Below are positions 25,599 to 37,947 of a DNA stretch of 64,000 nucleotides, in pieces; position 1 is the stretch's first letter, and each line of letters starts with the position of its first letter. Both the position numbers and the translations under genes were made by a program. Origin of the DNA: Octopus bimaculoides (taxonomy: Eukaryota); contig NC_068981.1 in the NCBI RefSeq assembly GCF_001194135.2, positions 80,375,898 through 80,439,897 on the forward strand. Reading direction: 5' to 3'. The notes under the pieces are model-generated. The model saw nothing but the letters and a program-made list of their open reading frames with translations. It did no database searches and was not told the DNA's origin.

Positions 25599-28500
25599 AT
25601 ATATATAGTTGTAATAATGAAGTCAAACTAAATACTGACATTTTGAAATCATTTTACTTTTTGGTTTGATTTCATTAATACAACTAATATAACTCAATGC
25701 CAGTACAAACTAACGAGTCTTGACTCCACTTATGTGAATACTTTAACAACTTGGAATAGTTTGTTATATTTGACTCAAGCCGAAAATGTTGGTACCATGC
25801 ACCACTTCTTAACATAACTAATAAATAGGATATTTTGTGTGGAGTGGATAAAGAGTAAATATAAGAAGAACTGGTACATGATATATTTTAGGAAAGGAGC
25901 AGTTGTTCTAGAATTTATGAATTTCCAAGGGGTTTTAGAGGTACAAATAGAGTGAACATTTGTCAACTGAGAATCCAAACACAATAGTAATCTTAATACT
26001 TTTTAATAATGATTTCCTAGAAGAATGATTACTTGTACATATTTAATCAGTGCCCATACAGATTAAGAAGCAAGTCTGACCTGGTGACATTTGAACTTTG
26101 ACTTTAGAATTTAGAACTGCATAGCTTTTATTCACATCCTGTCTTTATTTCATTTCTTTTTCTTTTTTTCTTCACTGTAATGTCTAGGATTGCCTTATCC
26201 ATTGCTTACAACTTTTTATAAGATAATAGGGTATGATATGAGGCAGATTTAACTGCTATTTCTGGTCGTTTGAGTGATTACGTGAAGACTCTCATGGAGC
26301 CAGGGGAGTTACAGAGACTAGATACATAAGGTGTTGATGACCCTTTCTACCTAAAGAGTTAGGTAGAACATGTAAAAACAGAGCAAATCATTCTGAAGTA
26401 GGACAATATATTAAATGGAAACTGACAAGTAATTTGCTAGTTTGTAGTATCAAAGCCAAATCCTTTGCTAAAGGATAGGATAGAAGAGAATAGAACAGAA
26501 AATTATAGTCTAATAAATGTGGTTGTCTCTTGTAAATGAAAGGACAATGTGTAGCAATGAAAATTGTGAAAACACCTCTCAGAAATATTCAGATTAGACT
26601 GTGCACATCCTGACATGCTATTTAATAGTTGCTATTTTGAGAAATATTCAAGGCCAGTCTACAATGGGGAATTGAGATAAATGGATAACTGATTAATGTT
26701 TAATTTGATTTGCTGGTATAGAGTTAATAATAGATGGGGAGAATACATTCATTCATTCGTCATCATTGTCATTCAACTTCAGTAGTAGATGAGCACACTC
26801 ATCCTGCACTTACTGCAGCTTTCATAAGTTTGTAACCATCTGTTGTCTCATAGTCAGATGATTAATATCAAAAGAATTTGAACACAGAACATAAAGAGCT
26901 GGAACAAGTACCCCAAAGCATCTCTGTCTAATGCTCTGACAATTTTGCCAGTCCACTGCCCTGGACTGATACTTATTTACTGATCCCCTTTCAGCTCAAA
27001 TCAGAGAGTTGGAACAAATGATTTTCGTTTTTCTTTCTACTGTAGGCATAAGGACTGAAATTTTTTTTCAGTGGGAAGGTATAGTTGGTTACATCATCCC
27101 ATGAGCCCAACTAGTACTATATTTCATCAACCCCAAAATATGTGGAATTTGAACTCAGACCATAAAGCTTGAAGAAATGCCTCTAAGCACATTAACAATT
27201 CTGTCAGCTTATTGTCTTAGCTGGCACAAATAATACAATGCATTTTAGCCAATGCTGTAATGATTGCTAATATGTTACTTTATTCTGAAGTTGGAAGGTA
27301 AATTCAGAGGGTACCAGTTATAGGGAAAAACTACATTAGTTATCATCATACCCATTGAATTTTGTTGGTTTCAGAGGTTGATAAAAATGTGTCCAGTTTA
27401 TATGAGTAGCCAGTTAATCCAGTAATAGCCCTGACCTCTTCATTGAGAAACAAAGTTTCTGTCTTCAGCCCCAAACAAGTGAGATATTGAGTTAGTTAGT
27501 CTTCATCAATGTCAATGAGAAGTAGTTTCTTCATAGATACAGGGGTGGCATAGGTGTAGGTGTGGCTATGTGGTAAGAAGTTTGCTTCCGAATCACATGG
27601 TTCCCAGTTTAGTTCTGCTGCATGGTACCTTGGATGGCCAAGTATAGACCTTGTAAGTGGATTTGGTAGACAGAAACTGAAAGAAGCCTATTGTATATAA
27701 ATCTATGTCATCATCATCTTCCTTTAATGTCTGTTTTCCATACTGGCATGGGTTGGACAGTTTGACTATATATATATATATCTGTGTGTGTGTGTGTGTA
27801 TACACACCCACATATGCATGTGTGTGTGTGTGTGCATTAATGTCTCCTTGCTTTGACGTTGCATGATAGTTGTAGACAAGCCCAAATATTGGCTAAAATG
27901 TATAGATATATTCTGTACTTTGAAACATAGCAATGATAATGTACCACAACCACCACCACCACCATCATCATTTAATGTCCACAGGTTAGACAGTTTGATA
28001 AGATTGGATGGACCCAAGGACCACATCGTGCTCAAGGGTCTGCTTTGGCATTGTTTCCTAATATCACCTACTTTACAGCATGTACTGGATGCTTTTTCCA
28101 TGCCCCTAGTACTAGTGAGGTCAATTAATCATGCATTATCTTGTACCTTTGAGATTTTGATGATGTAATTGTTTATTTTTACAATGATATTGTAGAATAG
28201 GAATGAAAGGCCAAATCTGGCCAGGTTAGACATATAGCATGTAGAATATTTGGGCCAGATATGGTCAGTTTAACTGCCAAAGAGTTATACACAGAACATT
28301 AAGAAGAAATGAAGAGTAATTTCACCTGCATTGGAGTAAAAATTGGTGTTTGTGATTGCAAGTAATTTTGTTAATGTACAGAAAGAAGAGTGTTGGAGAC
28401 ATAATCAAACTTTGTAGCATAGATTTGATGGGTTGTTATCCAATATTTTTCCATAGTATATTGATCATGGGTACTGATAAAGCTAGATCATTACAGTTGT

Positions 28501-28804
28501 ACATCCAATTATTTCCATCAATTCCATTCATTTCAAACTTGTTGAATGGTAACTATAGCAAAATCACCAACATACATTATCTACATATTAGGAGTAGCCA
28601 CCTATGTATGCTAATTGATCATTAGGTCAATCAGTGATCACTGGTAAAAAAGTCAGTAGGTTTTTTATATATATCATTATTATTATTATTATAATCAAGT
28701 AGGCATTTAGTGGAAATGTTGTTCAGAAATAGTAGATTCTAATGAAGAAAAAATATTGTAAATGTTATAAGTTGTGTGTGTGTGTGTGTGATTATCATTA
28801 ATAT

Positions 28805-29213
28805 CCTCATCATCGTTTAACGTTCGTTTGCCTTGCTAGCATGAGTTGGATGGTTTGACAGGATCCACTGAGTCACAAGACTGCACTGAACTTCAGTGTC
28901 AGCTTTAGTATGGTTTCTATAGTTGCGAGTGAGGTCGTTGCCAGTGCCACTGGACTGGCTCCTGTGCAGGTGGCACGTAAAATACACCATTTTGAGCGTG
29001 GCTGTTGCCAGTACCGCCTGACTGGCTTTCGTGCCGGTGGCACGTAAAAGCACCCACTACACTCTTGGAGTGGTTGGCGTTAGGAAGGGCATCCAGCTGT
29101 AGAAACTCTGCCAAATCAGGCGGGAGGCTGCTGTAGCCATCTGGTTCGCGAGTCCTCAGTCAAATCGCCCAACCCATGCTAGCATGGAAGGCAGACATTA
29201 AACGATGATGATG
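28805..29213. mobile_element. Two RTE-like 3' UTR fragments joined in opposite orientation
   Basis: Minus copy 28805-28921 (catcatcgtttaacg...) abuts plus copy 28922-29213, which ends in (GAT)n. Confidence 0.75.
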
Positions 29214-30309
29214 TCTTTTATGAAGTCAACCACTACAGTGCATATTGGTGCTTTTTTTAGTGATGCTGACAACCTATTTTTATCCTAGCAACTATACCTT
29301 CAGAACATCCTCCTCCTTTGCTAATTAGGTCACCTAGGTGACAGAAACTATCTACTACCTGCAGAGCATTCAAGAAAATCTAGTGTTTATTGCTCTTGTG
29401 CAGCTTCCACAAAGAAACACTACTTTTTCTGATAACCTTCCTGTGATTCCACTGTCCTTCTTGTGTGTCCATAGCACACATTGAGTATACCAAATGGAAT
29501 TACTGGCAACACCTTTCCTACATATTGAGCAGGGCCATTTACTGTTGAGTTTAAAGTCCTGTTTGCTTTCCTGCTAACTAGAATTTTGTTAAATTAGCTT
29601 CAAAGTTTTGCTTACACACCTGAAATTTTTTTCTAATTCTACTATGAAGTTGTCAGTATATAATACATTCCAAGGGCAGCCAGTTTTAAATTCTTCTGTT
29701 ATGGCCTGGATGGCAATGATGAATTGGAGGAGATTGAGAGTCAAACCTTCATGAACTCCTACCTGTACTCTAAATTCATTGCTGTACTCTTTTTGCTAAC
29801 TCTCACCTTACTGACAGCACCCCTGTACATGTATTGTATAGATTTTACAAGCCATTCATCTATCCTTAGCCGGCTTGGCTGTGTGGTTAAGTTTGTTTCT
29901 CCACCTCATGTTTTCAGTCTTATTGTGTGGTATTTTGGGCAAATGTCTTCTACTATAACTTTGGATGTGGATTTGGTAGAGGGAAACTGAAAGAAACCTT
30001 ATGCATGAATGTATGTGTGTGTATGCATGCATGTATGTATGCATGTATGAGTGTGTGTGTGTTTTATCTCCTCATTTTGATATCGCGTGATAGTTGTAAA
30101 TGCATATCACTGTCTTACAAGCAGTGTCATTTGTTTCCAGTCATCTGCAGAAACATGTTTGGCCATGGGGAAATATTGTCTTGCTAGGAAATAATTGAGA
30201 GTTGGGGACAGGATGGCCATCAATCGGAGAAAATCTGCTTTGACAAATTTCATCTTCTGATCCATAGAAGCATGGAAAAGTGGATGTTAAAAAAGTTGTG
30301 TGATGATGA

Positions 30310-30460
30310 TGATCATCATCATCATCGTTTAACGTCCGCTTTCCATGCTAGCATGGGTTGGACGATTTGACTGAGGACTGGTGAAACCGGATGGCAACAC
30401 CAGGCTCCAATCTAAATTTGGCAGAGTTTCTACAGTTGGATGCCCTTCCTAACGCCAACC
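30310..30460 (-). mobile_element. RTE-like LINE 3' UTR fragment
   Basis: (CAT)n-cgtttaacgtccgctttccatgctagcatggg... nearly identical to 41945, 49418 and 60323. Confidence 0.9.
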
Positions 30461-30469
30461 ATATATATG

Positions 30470-30650
30470 TAAATAAAAACGAAGAACAAACACAAGAAAA
30501 AAACAACAATGCGAGGATGTGGTACATGCAAAGTATTAGCAGATGCTCAGGGAAGGAAAGAAAGATGGTTTTTACGTTCTGAGCAAAGATCTTCGTCAGA
30601 AACAGGAAACGGAGGTAAAAAATCGCCAATGATCCACATGTGGTATAAAC
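30470..30650 (-). mobile_element. Repeat family B copy with a hammerhead-like core
   Basis: The minus strand reads ...GUUU CUGACGA A GAUC UUU GCUC AGAA CGUA AAAAC... Confidence 0.7.
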
Positions 30651-31411
30651 GTATGTATTATATGTATGTGTTTTAATGGGTAGAGGAGCGTTTTTTTTTT
30701 TTTTAATCTATTTAATAGTTTATTGAACGATAAACTCTAAAGGGTGATACTTTTATGGGTATTCAGATAAATAATTTCTCCCATATTTTGAACTACTTTC
30801 ATGTTTAACTGTCCTGCAAAGTTAGTGATTTTCAAACAAATAAATCAGAAATTCATTGTCCCTTAAAAGCAACATCGCAAGTTTTATTACATAAACATTC
30901 TTTATTATGTTTATGTACTACTCTAGAGAACAAATAGTAAAATAACAGCTTGAAAATAAACATTAGTATGTACCCATATGTATGTGTGTCAACTTCTTAT
31001 GAGCACTTTGATCATTGTATATAACAACTCACAGAATAATTCCCAATAAAAATGTTTTTTAAAAAATTTTTAGATATAGGCTGTATGGTAAGAAGCTTGT
31101 TTCCCAGCCACATGGTTCTGGGATGAGTCCCCCTGTGTGGTACTTTGGGCAAGTGTCTTCTACTATAGCTTAGAGCTGACCAAAAAAACCTTGTAAGTCA
31201 ATTTGGTAGGTGGAAACTGGCGGAAGCCCCACGTATATATAATCCACCTCTGATAATAGAGAACAGTCGTCATATTCCCTTCCATATTGGCTAACTCTGA
31301 TGAGCGTAAAATTATATAATCGGATTATTACCTAACACACCATTATATTCTTTATGCAAAACCGATTGGTAAGATCAGCCATGATGGATATTTAATATTA
31401 TACATTTCAGA

Positions 31412-31799
31412 TAGCTTGCTTACCAACCACATGGTCCCGGGTTCAGTCCCACTGCGTGGCATCTTGGGCAAGTGTCTTCTACTATAGCCTCGGGCCGACC
31501 AAAGCCTTGTGAGTGGATTTGGTAGATGGAAACTGAAAGAAGCCTGTCGTATATATGTATATATATATATATGTATGTGTGCATGTGTTTGTGTGTCTGT
31601 GTTTGTCCCCCACAACATCGCTTGACAACCAATGCTGGTGTGTTTATGTCCCCGTAACTTAGCGGTTCGGCAAAAGAGAGCAATAGAATAAGTACTAGGC
31701 TTCTAAAGAATAAGTCCTGGGGTCGATTTGCTCAACTAAAGGCAGTGCTCCAGCATGGTCACAGTCAAAAGACTGAAACAAGTAAAAGAGTAAAAGAGT
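31412..31799 (+). mobile_element. tRNA-derived CORE-like SINE, family 1 (young copy)
   Basis: ccgggttcagtcccactgcgtggcatcttgggcaagtg...; ends in a gtaaaaga tandem tail. Confidence 0.9.
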
Positions 31800-31817
31800 A
31801 TATATATCGTTTCTCGG

Positions 31818-31973
31818 ATAATCAGAGTGGTTGGCGTTAGGAAGGGCATCCAGCTGTAGAAACTCTGCCAAATCAGATTGGAGCCTGGTGTAGCCATCTG
31901 GATCACCAGTCCTCAGTCAAATCGTCCAATCCATGCTAGCATGGAAAGCGGACGTTAAACGATGATGAAGATG
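31818..31973 (+). mobile_element. 5'-truncated RTE-like LINE 3' end inserted at the 5' end of the U2 copy
   Basis: Matches the LINE 3' UTR with a (GAT)n tail; flanked by atatatatcg(t/c)ttctcgg at 31800-31817 and 31974-31991. Confidence 0.9.
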
Positions 31974-31979
31974 ATATAT

Positions 31980-32170
31980 ATCGCTTCTCGGCCTTTTGGC
32001 TAAGATCAAAGTGTAGTATCTGTTCGTATCAGCTTAATATCTGATACGGTCCCTATTTGGGGCCATCAATATTAAACTGGTTTTTAGAACGAAGTGAAGT
32101 GTTAGGGGCTTGTTCCGCCTTTGCCATGGGTTGGCCTGGTATTGCAGTGTTTGCAGGATTCAGCCCATCT
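31980..32170 (+). pseudogene. RNU2: Full-length U2 snRNA copy, probably a promoterless retro-pseudogene
   Basis: ATCGCTTCTCGGCCTTTTGGCTAAGATCAAAGTGTAGTATCTGTTC with branch-site recognition region GTAGTA, stem IIa TATCAG/CTGATA and 3' stems. The Sm site is altered (GTTTTTAG) and both flanks are retroposons. Confidence 0.92.
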
Positions 32171-32172
32171 GT

Positions 32173-32655
32173 GGCACAGGAGTGGCTGTGTGGTAAGTAG
32201 CTTGCTTACCAACCACTTGGTTCTGGGTTCAGTCCCACTGTGTGGCACCTTGCGCAAGTGTCTTCTACCATAGCCTCAGGCCGATCAAAGCTTGTGAGTG
32301 GATTTGGTAGACGGAAACTGAAAGAAACCCATCATAACCACATGGTTCCGGGTTCAGTCCCACTGTGTGGCACCTTGGGCAAGTATCTTCTACTATAGCC
32401 TTGGGCCAATCAAAGCCTTGTGAGTGGATTTGGTAGACAGAAACTGAAAGAAGCCCGTCGTATATATGTATATATATATATATGTATGTGTGTCTGTGTT
32501 TGTCCCCCCACCATTGCTTGACAACCGATGCTTGTGTGTTTAAGTCCCCGTCACTTAGCGGTTCAGCAAAAAGAGGCCGATAGAATAAGTACTGGGCTTA
32601 CAAAGAATAAGTCCTGGGGTCGATATGCTCGACTAAAGGCGGTGCTCCAACATGG
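32173..32655 (+). mobile_element. CORE-like SINE family 1 with duplicated head, truncated by a MITE
   Basis: Full head ggcacaggagtggctgtgtggtaagtagcttgc starts 2 nt after U2; second head at about 32335; interrupted at ccaacatgg|GGATC. Confidence 0.9.
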
Positions 32656-32899
32656 GGATCTTTTTTAAAACGGGGGCCACATTTTTCATTAATGTTTTAC
32701 GTAGTGTTTTTGGTACCGAAAGACTTTCAAACTTCGTATACTTATCTATTTTGTGTTATAGAACAGAAAAATATTTTTGTATTCGAATTTATTTCATGTA
32801 AAAAATTGTCTTATTTCGATAATTTCAACCAATCACTGACAAGTATTCAGTTGTTTATATTTACTCCTTTGGCTGATTAAGCCATAGCTTCGTTTTATT
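32656..32899 (+). mobile_element. Second copy of the GGATC-TIR MITE (left part; remainder in gap)
   Basis: Near-identical to 58731-58995 apart from a ~22-nt deletion and few substitutions. Confidence 0.9.
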
Positions 32900-33189
32900 N
32901 NNNNNNNNNNNNNNNNNNNNNNNNNNNNNNNNNNNNNNNNNNNNNNNNNNNNNNNNNNNNNNNNNNNNNNNNNNNNNNNNNNNNNNNNNNNNNNNNNNNN
33001 NNNNNNNNNNNNNNNNNNNNNNNNNNNNNNNNNNNNNNNNNNNNNNNNNNNNNNNNNNNNNNNNNNNNNNNNNNNNNNNNNNNNNNNNNNNNNNNNNNNN
33101 NNNNNNNNNNNNNNNNNNNNNNNNNNNNNNNNNNNNNNNNNNNNNNNNNNNNNNNNNNNNNNNNNNNNNNNNNNNNNNNNNNNNNNNNN

Positions 33190-33234
<45 letters not shown>

Positions 33235-33460
33235 GTATGTTTGTCTCCCACCACTGCTTGACAACCGGTATTGGTGTGTTTGCGTCCTCGTAAACTAGCG
33301 GTCCGGCAAAGGTCTCGATAAAATAAGTACCAAGCTTAAAGAAATGTATTGGGGCCGATTTAATCGACTAGAAATTCTTTAGGGCGATCTCCAAGCAATG
33401 TCGCTATCTAATGTGTGAAACAAATAGAAGATAAAAAATATCCCCTAAGTCCTGAAGTTT

Positions 33461-33774
33461 AAATATTGGACTACTAAGCCGAGTTCATTACTATTAAATG
33501 TGTTTCACGATCGGTTACGATATGCCATGTGTTTCAGTTCAGATAGTTGTTGGGAACCTGAGGATATTTGGGACGTTTAAATGGAATAAGATTTTATTTT
33601 TGGTCAATGGCAATTAAACAATTGCCATTGACCAAAAATAAAATCTTATTCCATTTAAACGCCCCAAATATCCTCAGGTTCCCAACAACTATCTGAACTG
33701 AAACACATGGCATATCGTAACCGATCGTGAAACACATTTAATAGTAATGAACTCGGCTTAGTAGTCCAATATTT
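33461..33774. repeat. Near-perfect palindrome: 155-bp arms, 4-nt loop (AAAC), one mismatch
   Basis: Arms 33461-33615 and 33620-33774; single mismatch at 33573/33662. Confidence 0.95.
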
Positions 33775-34402
33775 TATTTATTGCAAATACATAATTACGA
33801 TTGTTTTGGGTGTTTACAAACCGGAAGTCACACTTCTGTTAAAAATTCAATAAAGGGAGTGGACTAATTCAATAAGTTTCACAAATAGTCAGATGGGAGG
33901 CAGAAATTACTAAGAATTTCTTTAAATAATTTAATAGACGGGTGAATATGTATGCCTCTCTTGAATCGCTCAGAAATGAATATATAAACAAAGAAAAATT
34001 ATCCAAATTAGATCAAACAACGACAAAGGAAAATGTGCAGATGCTTTTTATGGGTGTTAGAAGCCTTGCAAGTTCTATATAGCAACCCACTTTAACATTT
34101 TAATTATTTTACACAGTCGGGAAGACATGGATAAACTTCTATTGTTTTGGACTACAGGCATACGACACTCTAAGGTACAACAAAGCAAGGGAGAGGGAGG
34201 AAGTCGAAATTCTGCGCAGCAAATAAACTTTGTAGTTTGAAAAGGAGGGGAAGACATGTACAGACAGTGACGTAGCACTACTGCTGACCCCCTGACATTG
34301 ACTAACGGCTGCTGGGAACTAACCCCTTTCTCCTCCCGTTACTCAAGCAACTCAAGTCAAGTTGACTGACCTTAATATTTCCCGTATTCTTTGTAACTGT
34401 TA

Positions 34403-34446
<44 letters not shown>

Positions 34447-37400
34447 CACAAAAGACTTTATACTTAATATGGAGGGGGATGTTATGCGTTATTTTAAAAA
34501 ATCTACGAAATAGGTTACAACTTAAACTATTATTTTACTGAACAAACTTTAAACTTAATTTTTCAAATTGTACATTAATACATGTATACTACAAATACAA
34601 GAAGTACACTCACTCTCGTGCTTGGCAGTTATGCCTTACAAAACTTATGCAGAATGCTACGTTTCAGCGGCCTATTTATTGAAAAAAGGGGAAAAATGTA
34701 ATTACGTTGATTGTTGAATAAATAATCTGAATATTGAAAGTTTCTATTTATCAATTCATTTTATTACGAGCGAGCTACCTCGAAGTATTTAGGAAGAAAT
34801 AAAACTTATGGCTGTTAACTAAATTGCCATGTAAACATTACACATACACGCACCCGTCTCTCGTTTAAAATTTCTTTAATTAGACACAATGAGAACTTTC
34901 AATGAAATAATACTTATTCTAGTCAAATGTATTTCTTAAAAGTGAAACAGTTTTAAAAGTTTTAACTTGAACTTTTCGACGTTATTCTATATGAAGCCTT
35001 AAACTTTATAAAGTTTAATTTCTTTTTAAAAAATACTTCAGATGCCTTCCAAAGTTTAAAGCCTTTCAAAAGTTATTCTGGTGAGTTATGGTTAATTGCC
35101 ATTGACCAAAAAAGCTTTCATCTATGCGAGCTGGCGAGTGAACCGTTACGCAGTTATTCGAGCAGGTAAAAATAACAGCCAAGTCTCGTTCAAACTGGAT
35201 CTTTATCGTTTTAAATGATATTAAGAGGGCGGGGTAATATAGTCCAGTGTGTCCTTTATAGGTAAAATGATGAGATAGTCACACAAGGATATCTTTAATC
35301 GTGTTTACTAACTTGAGGCTAGCAAGCAGTAGCATTTAACTCTAAACTGCATAATTTCCATTGTTTGTCAGAGCGATGATGACATGAGGCTTTATTGGAA
35401 CAAACAAGATGGAATGGATCACCGATTTGTTTGTTTCTAAGTAGAATACTGAATACCTAAACTGCTTTACTTTAACCAGTTGTGAGGAATAGCTTCCAGG
35501 CTTTCGTGAAAACTTATAAAATATATTAGACCATGCAGATTATTTAATCTTCTCAGTACTAGAAACTAACGTCATACGTGCCAAGAGAATGTTCGTAATT
35601 TGTACAAGAATCAACAAAATGTGCTAAGAATTTTCAAAATTTAGATTCAATGCGTATGTGTTGATTATATGTACTAGACCACTAACTACCAATACTGAAC
35701 GTTTTTCCATTTCCTGCCCCAGAAACTGTTATTTTACAACGTACTCGTGTTTTTTTAATATCTTACAAATCATCCTGTTTTTATAGATTAGTATTTTCAG
35801 TGACATGACTTGGGGTTATTTTGCTATAGTTTAACCAGCATTAAATATTGTTTATGATAATCCGTGTCTGATAGAGAGGGTATACTTTTATCCTATGGTT
35901 CATCTATTGATATATGTTTACTATATTAAATTCACTAACTGACCTTTCAATACAAGTGTATATTTTCTATCAGCAGAGCTGACTGAGGTGAGTATAGTTA
36001 ATGATTAATGTGAATTATTGGAGGTTAGAGAGAACATACAGGCAAGGGTCGTCGCTGGTACCGTTGGAAAAGAGGTCCAGTAGGGTAGAGTTTGTGGAAA
36101 AGGCTTTTGTATGGGTTCAGAGAGGTGAGATGCAACAAACTTGATAAATGTATTGACTGGAATTAATAGGAAGGGCTGCGGTTTAAATAATAAATTACCT
36201 GCCTCCGGATACCTTCTAACGAAGACGGTACCCACACAAGTAATTTCCAGGAGTGCCTTCGGATTTAACTATCCCCTGGTTGCTTAGATACTTCAGACTA
36301 CCCCTGAAATATTGAAGCAATCATATCATTTACCTATATACATACATATATATACANNNNNNNNNNNNNNNNNNNNNNNNNNNNNNNNNNNNNNNNNNNN
36401 NNNNNNNNNNNNNNNNNNNNNNNNNNNNNNNNNNNNNNNNNNNNNNNNNNNNNNNNNNNNNNNNNNNNNNNNNNNNNNNNNNNNNNNNNNNNNNNNNNNN
36501 NNNNNNNNNNNNNNNNNNNNNNNNNNNNNNNNNNNNNNNNNNNNNNNNNNNNNNNNNNNNNNNNNNNNNNNNNNNNNNNNNNNNNNNNNNNNNNNNNNNN
36601 NNNNNNNNNNNNNNNNNNNNNNNNNNNNNNNNNNNNNNNNNNNNNNNNNNNNNNNNNNNNNNNNNNNNNNNNNNNNNNNNNNNNNNNNNNNNATATATAT
36701 ATATATATATATATAAAGTAAATAGATAACAGGTTAACAATGTGTTTGTGCGAGTAACCTGGAAGTTTGGGTTTGCCTGTCAAATTTCTTTCATAGATGT
36801 GGACTAGTATGTTATTAATTACTTCAAAAGAAAATTAAGCTACCTTAGCTTTCGGAGAAGTATTTTGAGAAAATCTTTATTTAGAATTAGTGCAGTTTGC
36901 GAAAATTACTTTTTAAATAATTAAACCAACACACTGTATTTTGATAATACACACACACACATATATATAATTTTTTATTCCATATACGTTTTGTATAACT
37001 GCAAATTGGTGGTCCACCCAGTCAACAATAGTTTACGCATAGCTCTCTGAAAAACGCATATTTTAAAATGACGTTTTGTAGCAATACAGTTTGAGAGTGT
37101 AAATTACATAATGATAATGTTTTAAAGCATAAATCTGAAATACAAAAAAAAAAAAAAAGTAAAATTGCTGAAAATATGCCTGCAAGATTTCATTGAATGA
37201 TGTATTTTGCAGAAAGTCTTGAGGAAACAAAGTCAAGGAGCACCAATCTGAAGCTATGTCATTAGGTTCCCCATTTATGCACGTTTGTTCCATGGCAAAT
37301 AAAGACTATTAAATTGTTTTATACATTTCTATTCATAGTTCCTTCTAAGATGTTCCATCCTGTATGTTGTTGTTTTTGTCTCTAATTTTTATTTATGGTA

Positions 37401-37913
37401 GTAAGAAACAACTGCAGTCCTGTCAACAGTTGTACGAAGCAAAACAACGCAATAGTTTTGTAAACAACATAAACCACATGTAAATCAAATCTCAAACAAT
37501 ATACTGCAAACTGTTGCACATACTGAATCACATACCAGCAGAGAGTGAACCGACACAACCCAAGCAAACGAGGGAGGTCTCTATGAAGTCATTCGACCTG
37601 CTAGAAATAGAAGCTAAATTTACACACACACACGCACACAGGAGAATGTGAACCTATGTAAAGGAAAAAAAAAAGAGGATGGTCACGTCTGGAACATCTT
37701 TGATCATTAGCTTGTTCGGTTAGGGCTGGTCTATAGCTAAATACCAACTACTACCGCGTGTCCTGAAACTGCAGTAAACAACCAGGCATAGTTGTAATTA
37801 TCCCAATACCAAAACCTATTGTGAAGAAACAAATTTCTATATTGGTAGAACCGTAAAGTAACAAGGTGAAATGTGGGTGTGTTCTTTTCAGTTCTGTGAG
37901 ATACATGTGTGTA

Positions 37914-37947
<34 letters not shown>

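Noticed and set aside
31292-31327. Third hammerhead-like motif (CUGAUGAG...AUUAUAUAAUC)
   Set aside because: No GAAA and no credible helix II; helix I needs a bulge.
31818-31973. Keno/Utopia-type U2-specific retrotransposon
   Set aside because: The insert is the same RTE-like 3' UTR found at many unrelated sites in this window.
31980-32170. Functional U2 snRNA gene
   Set aside because: Upstream is LINE/SINE sequence with no room for a promoter, the Sm site is altered and a SINE follows immediately.
31412-32340. tRNA genes
   Set aside because: A/B-box-like sequences are SINE heads fused to CORE-like bodies; no complete cloverleaf.
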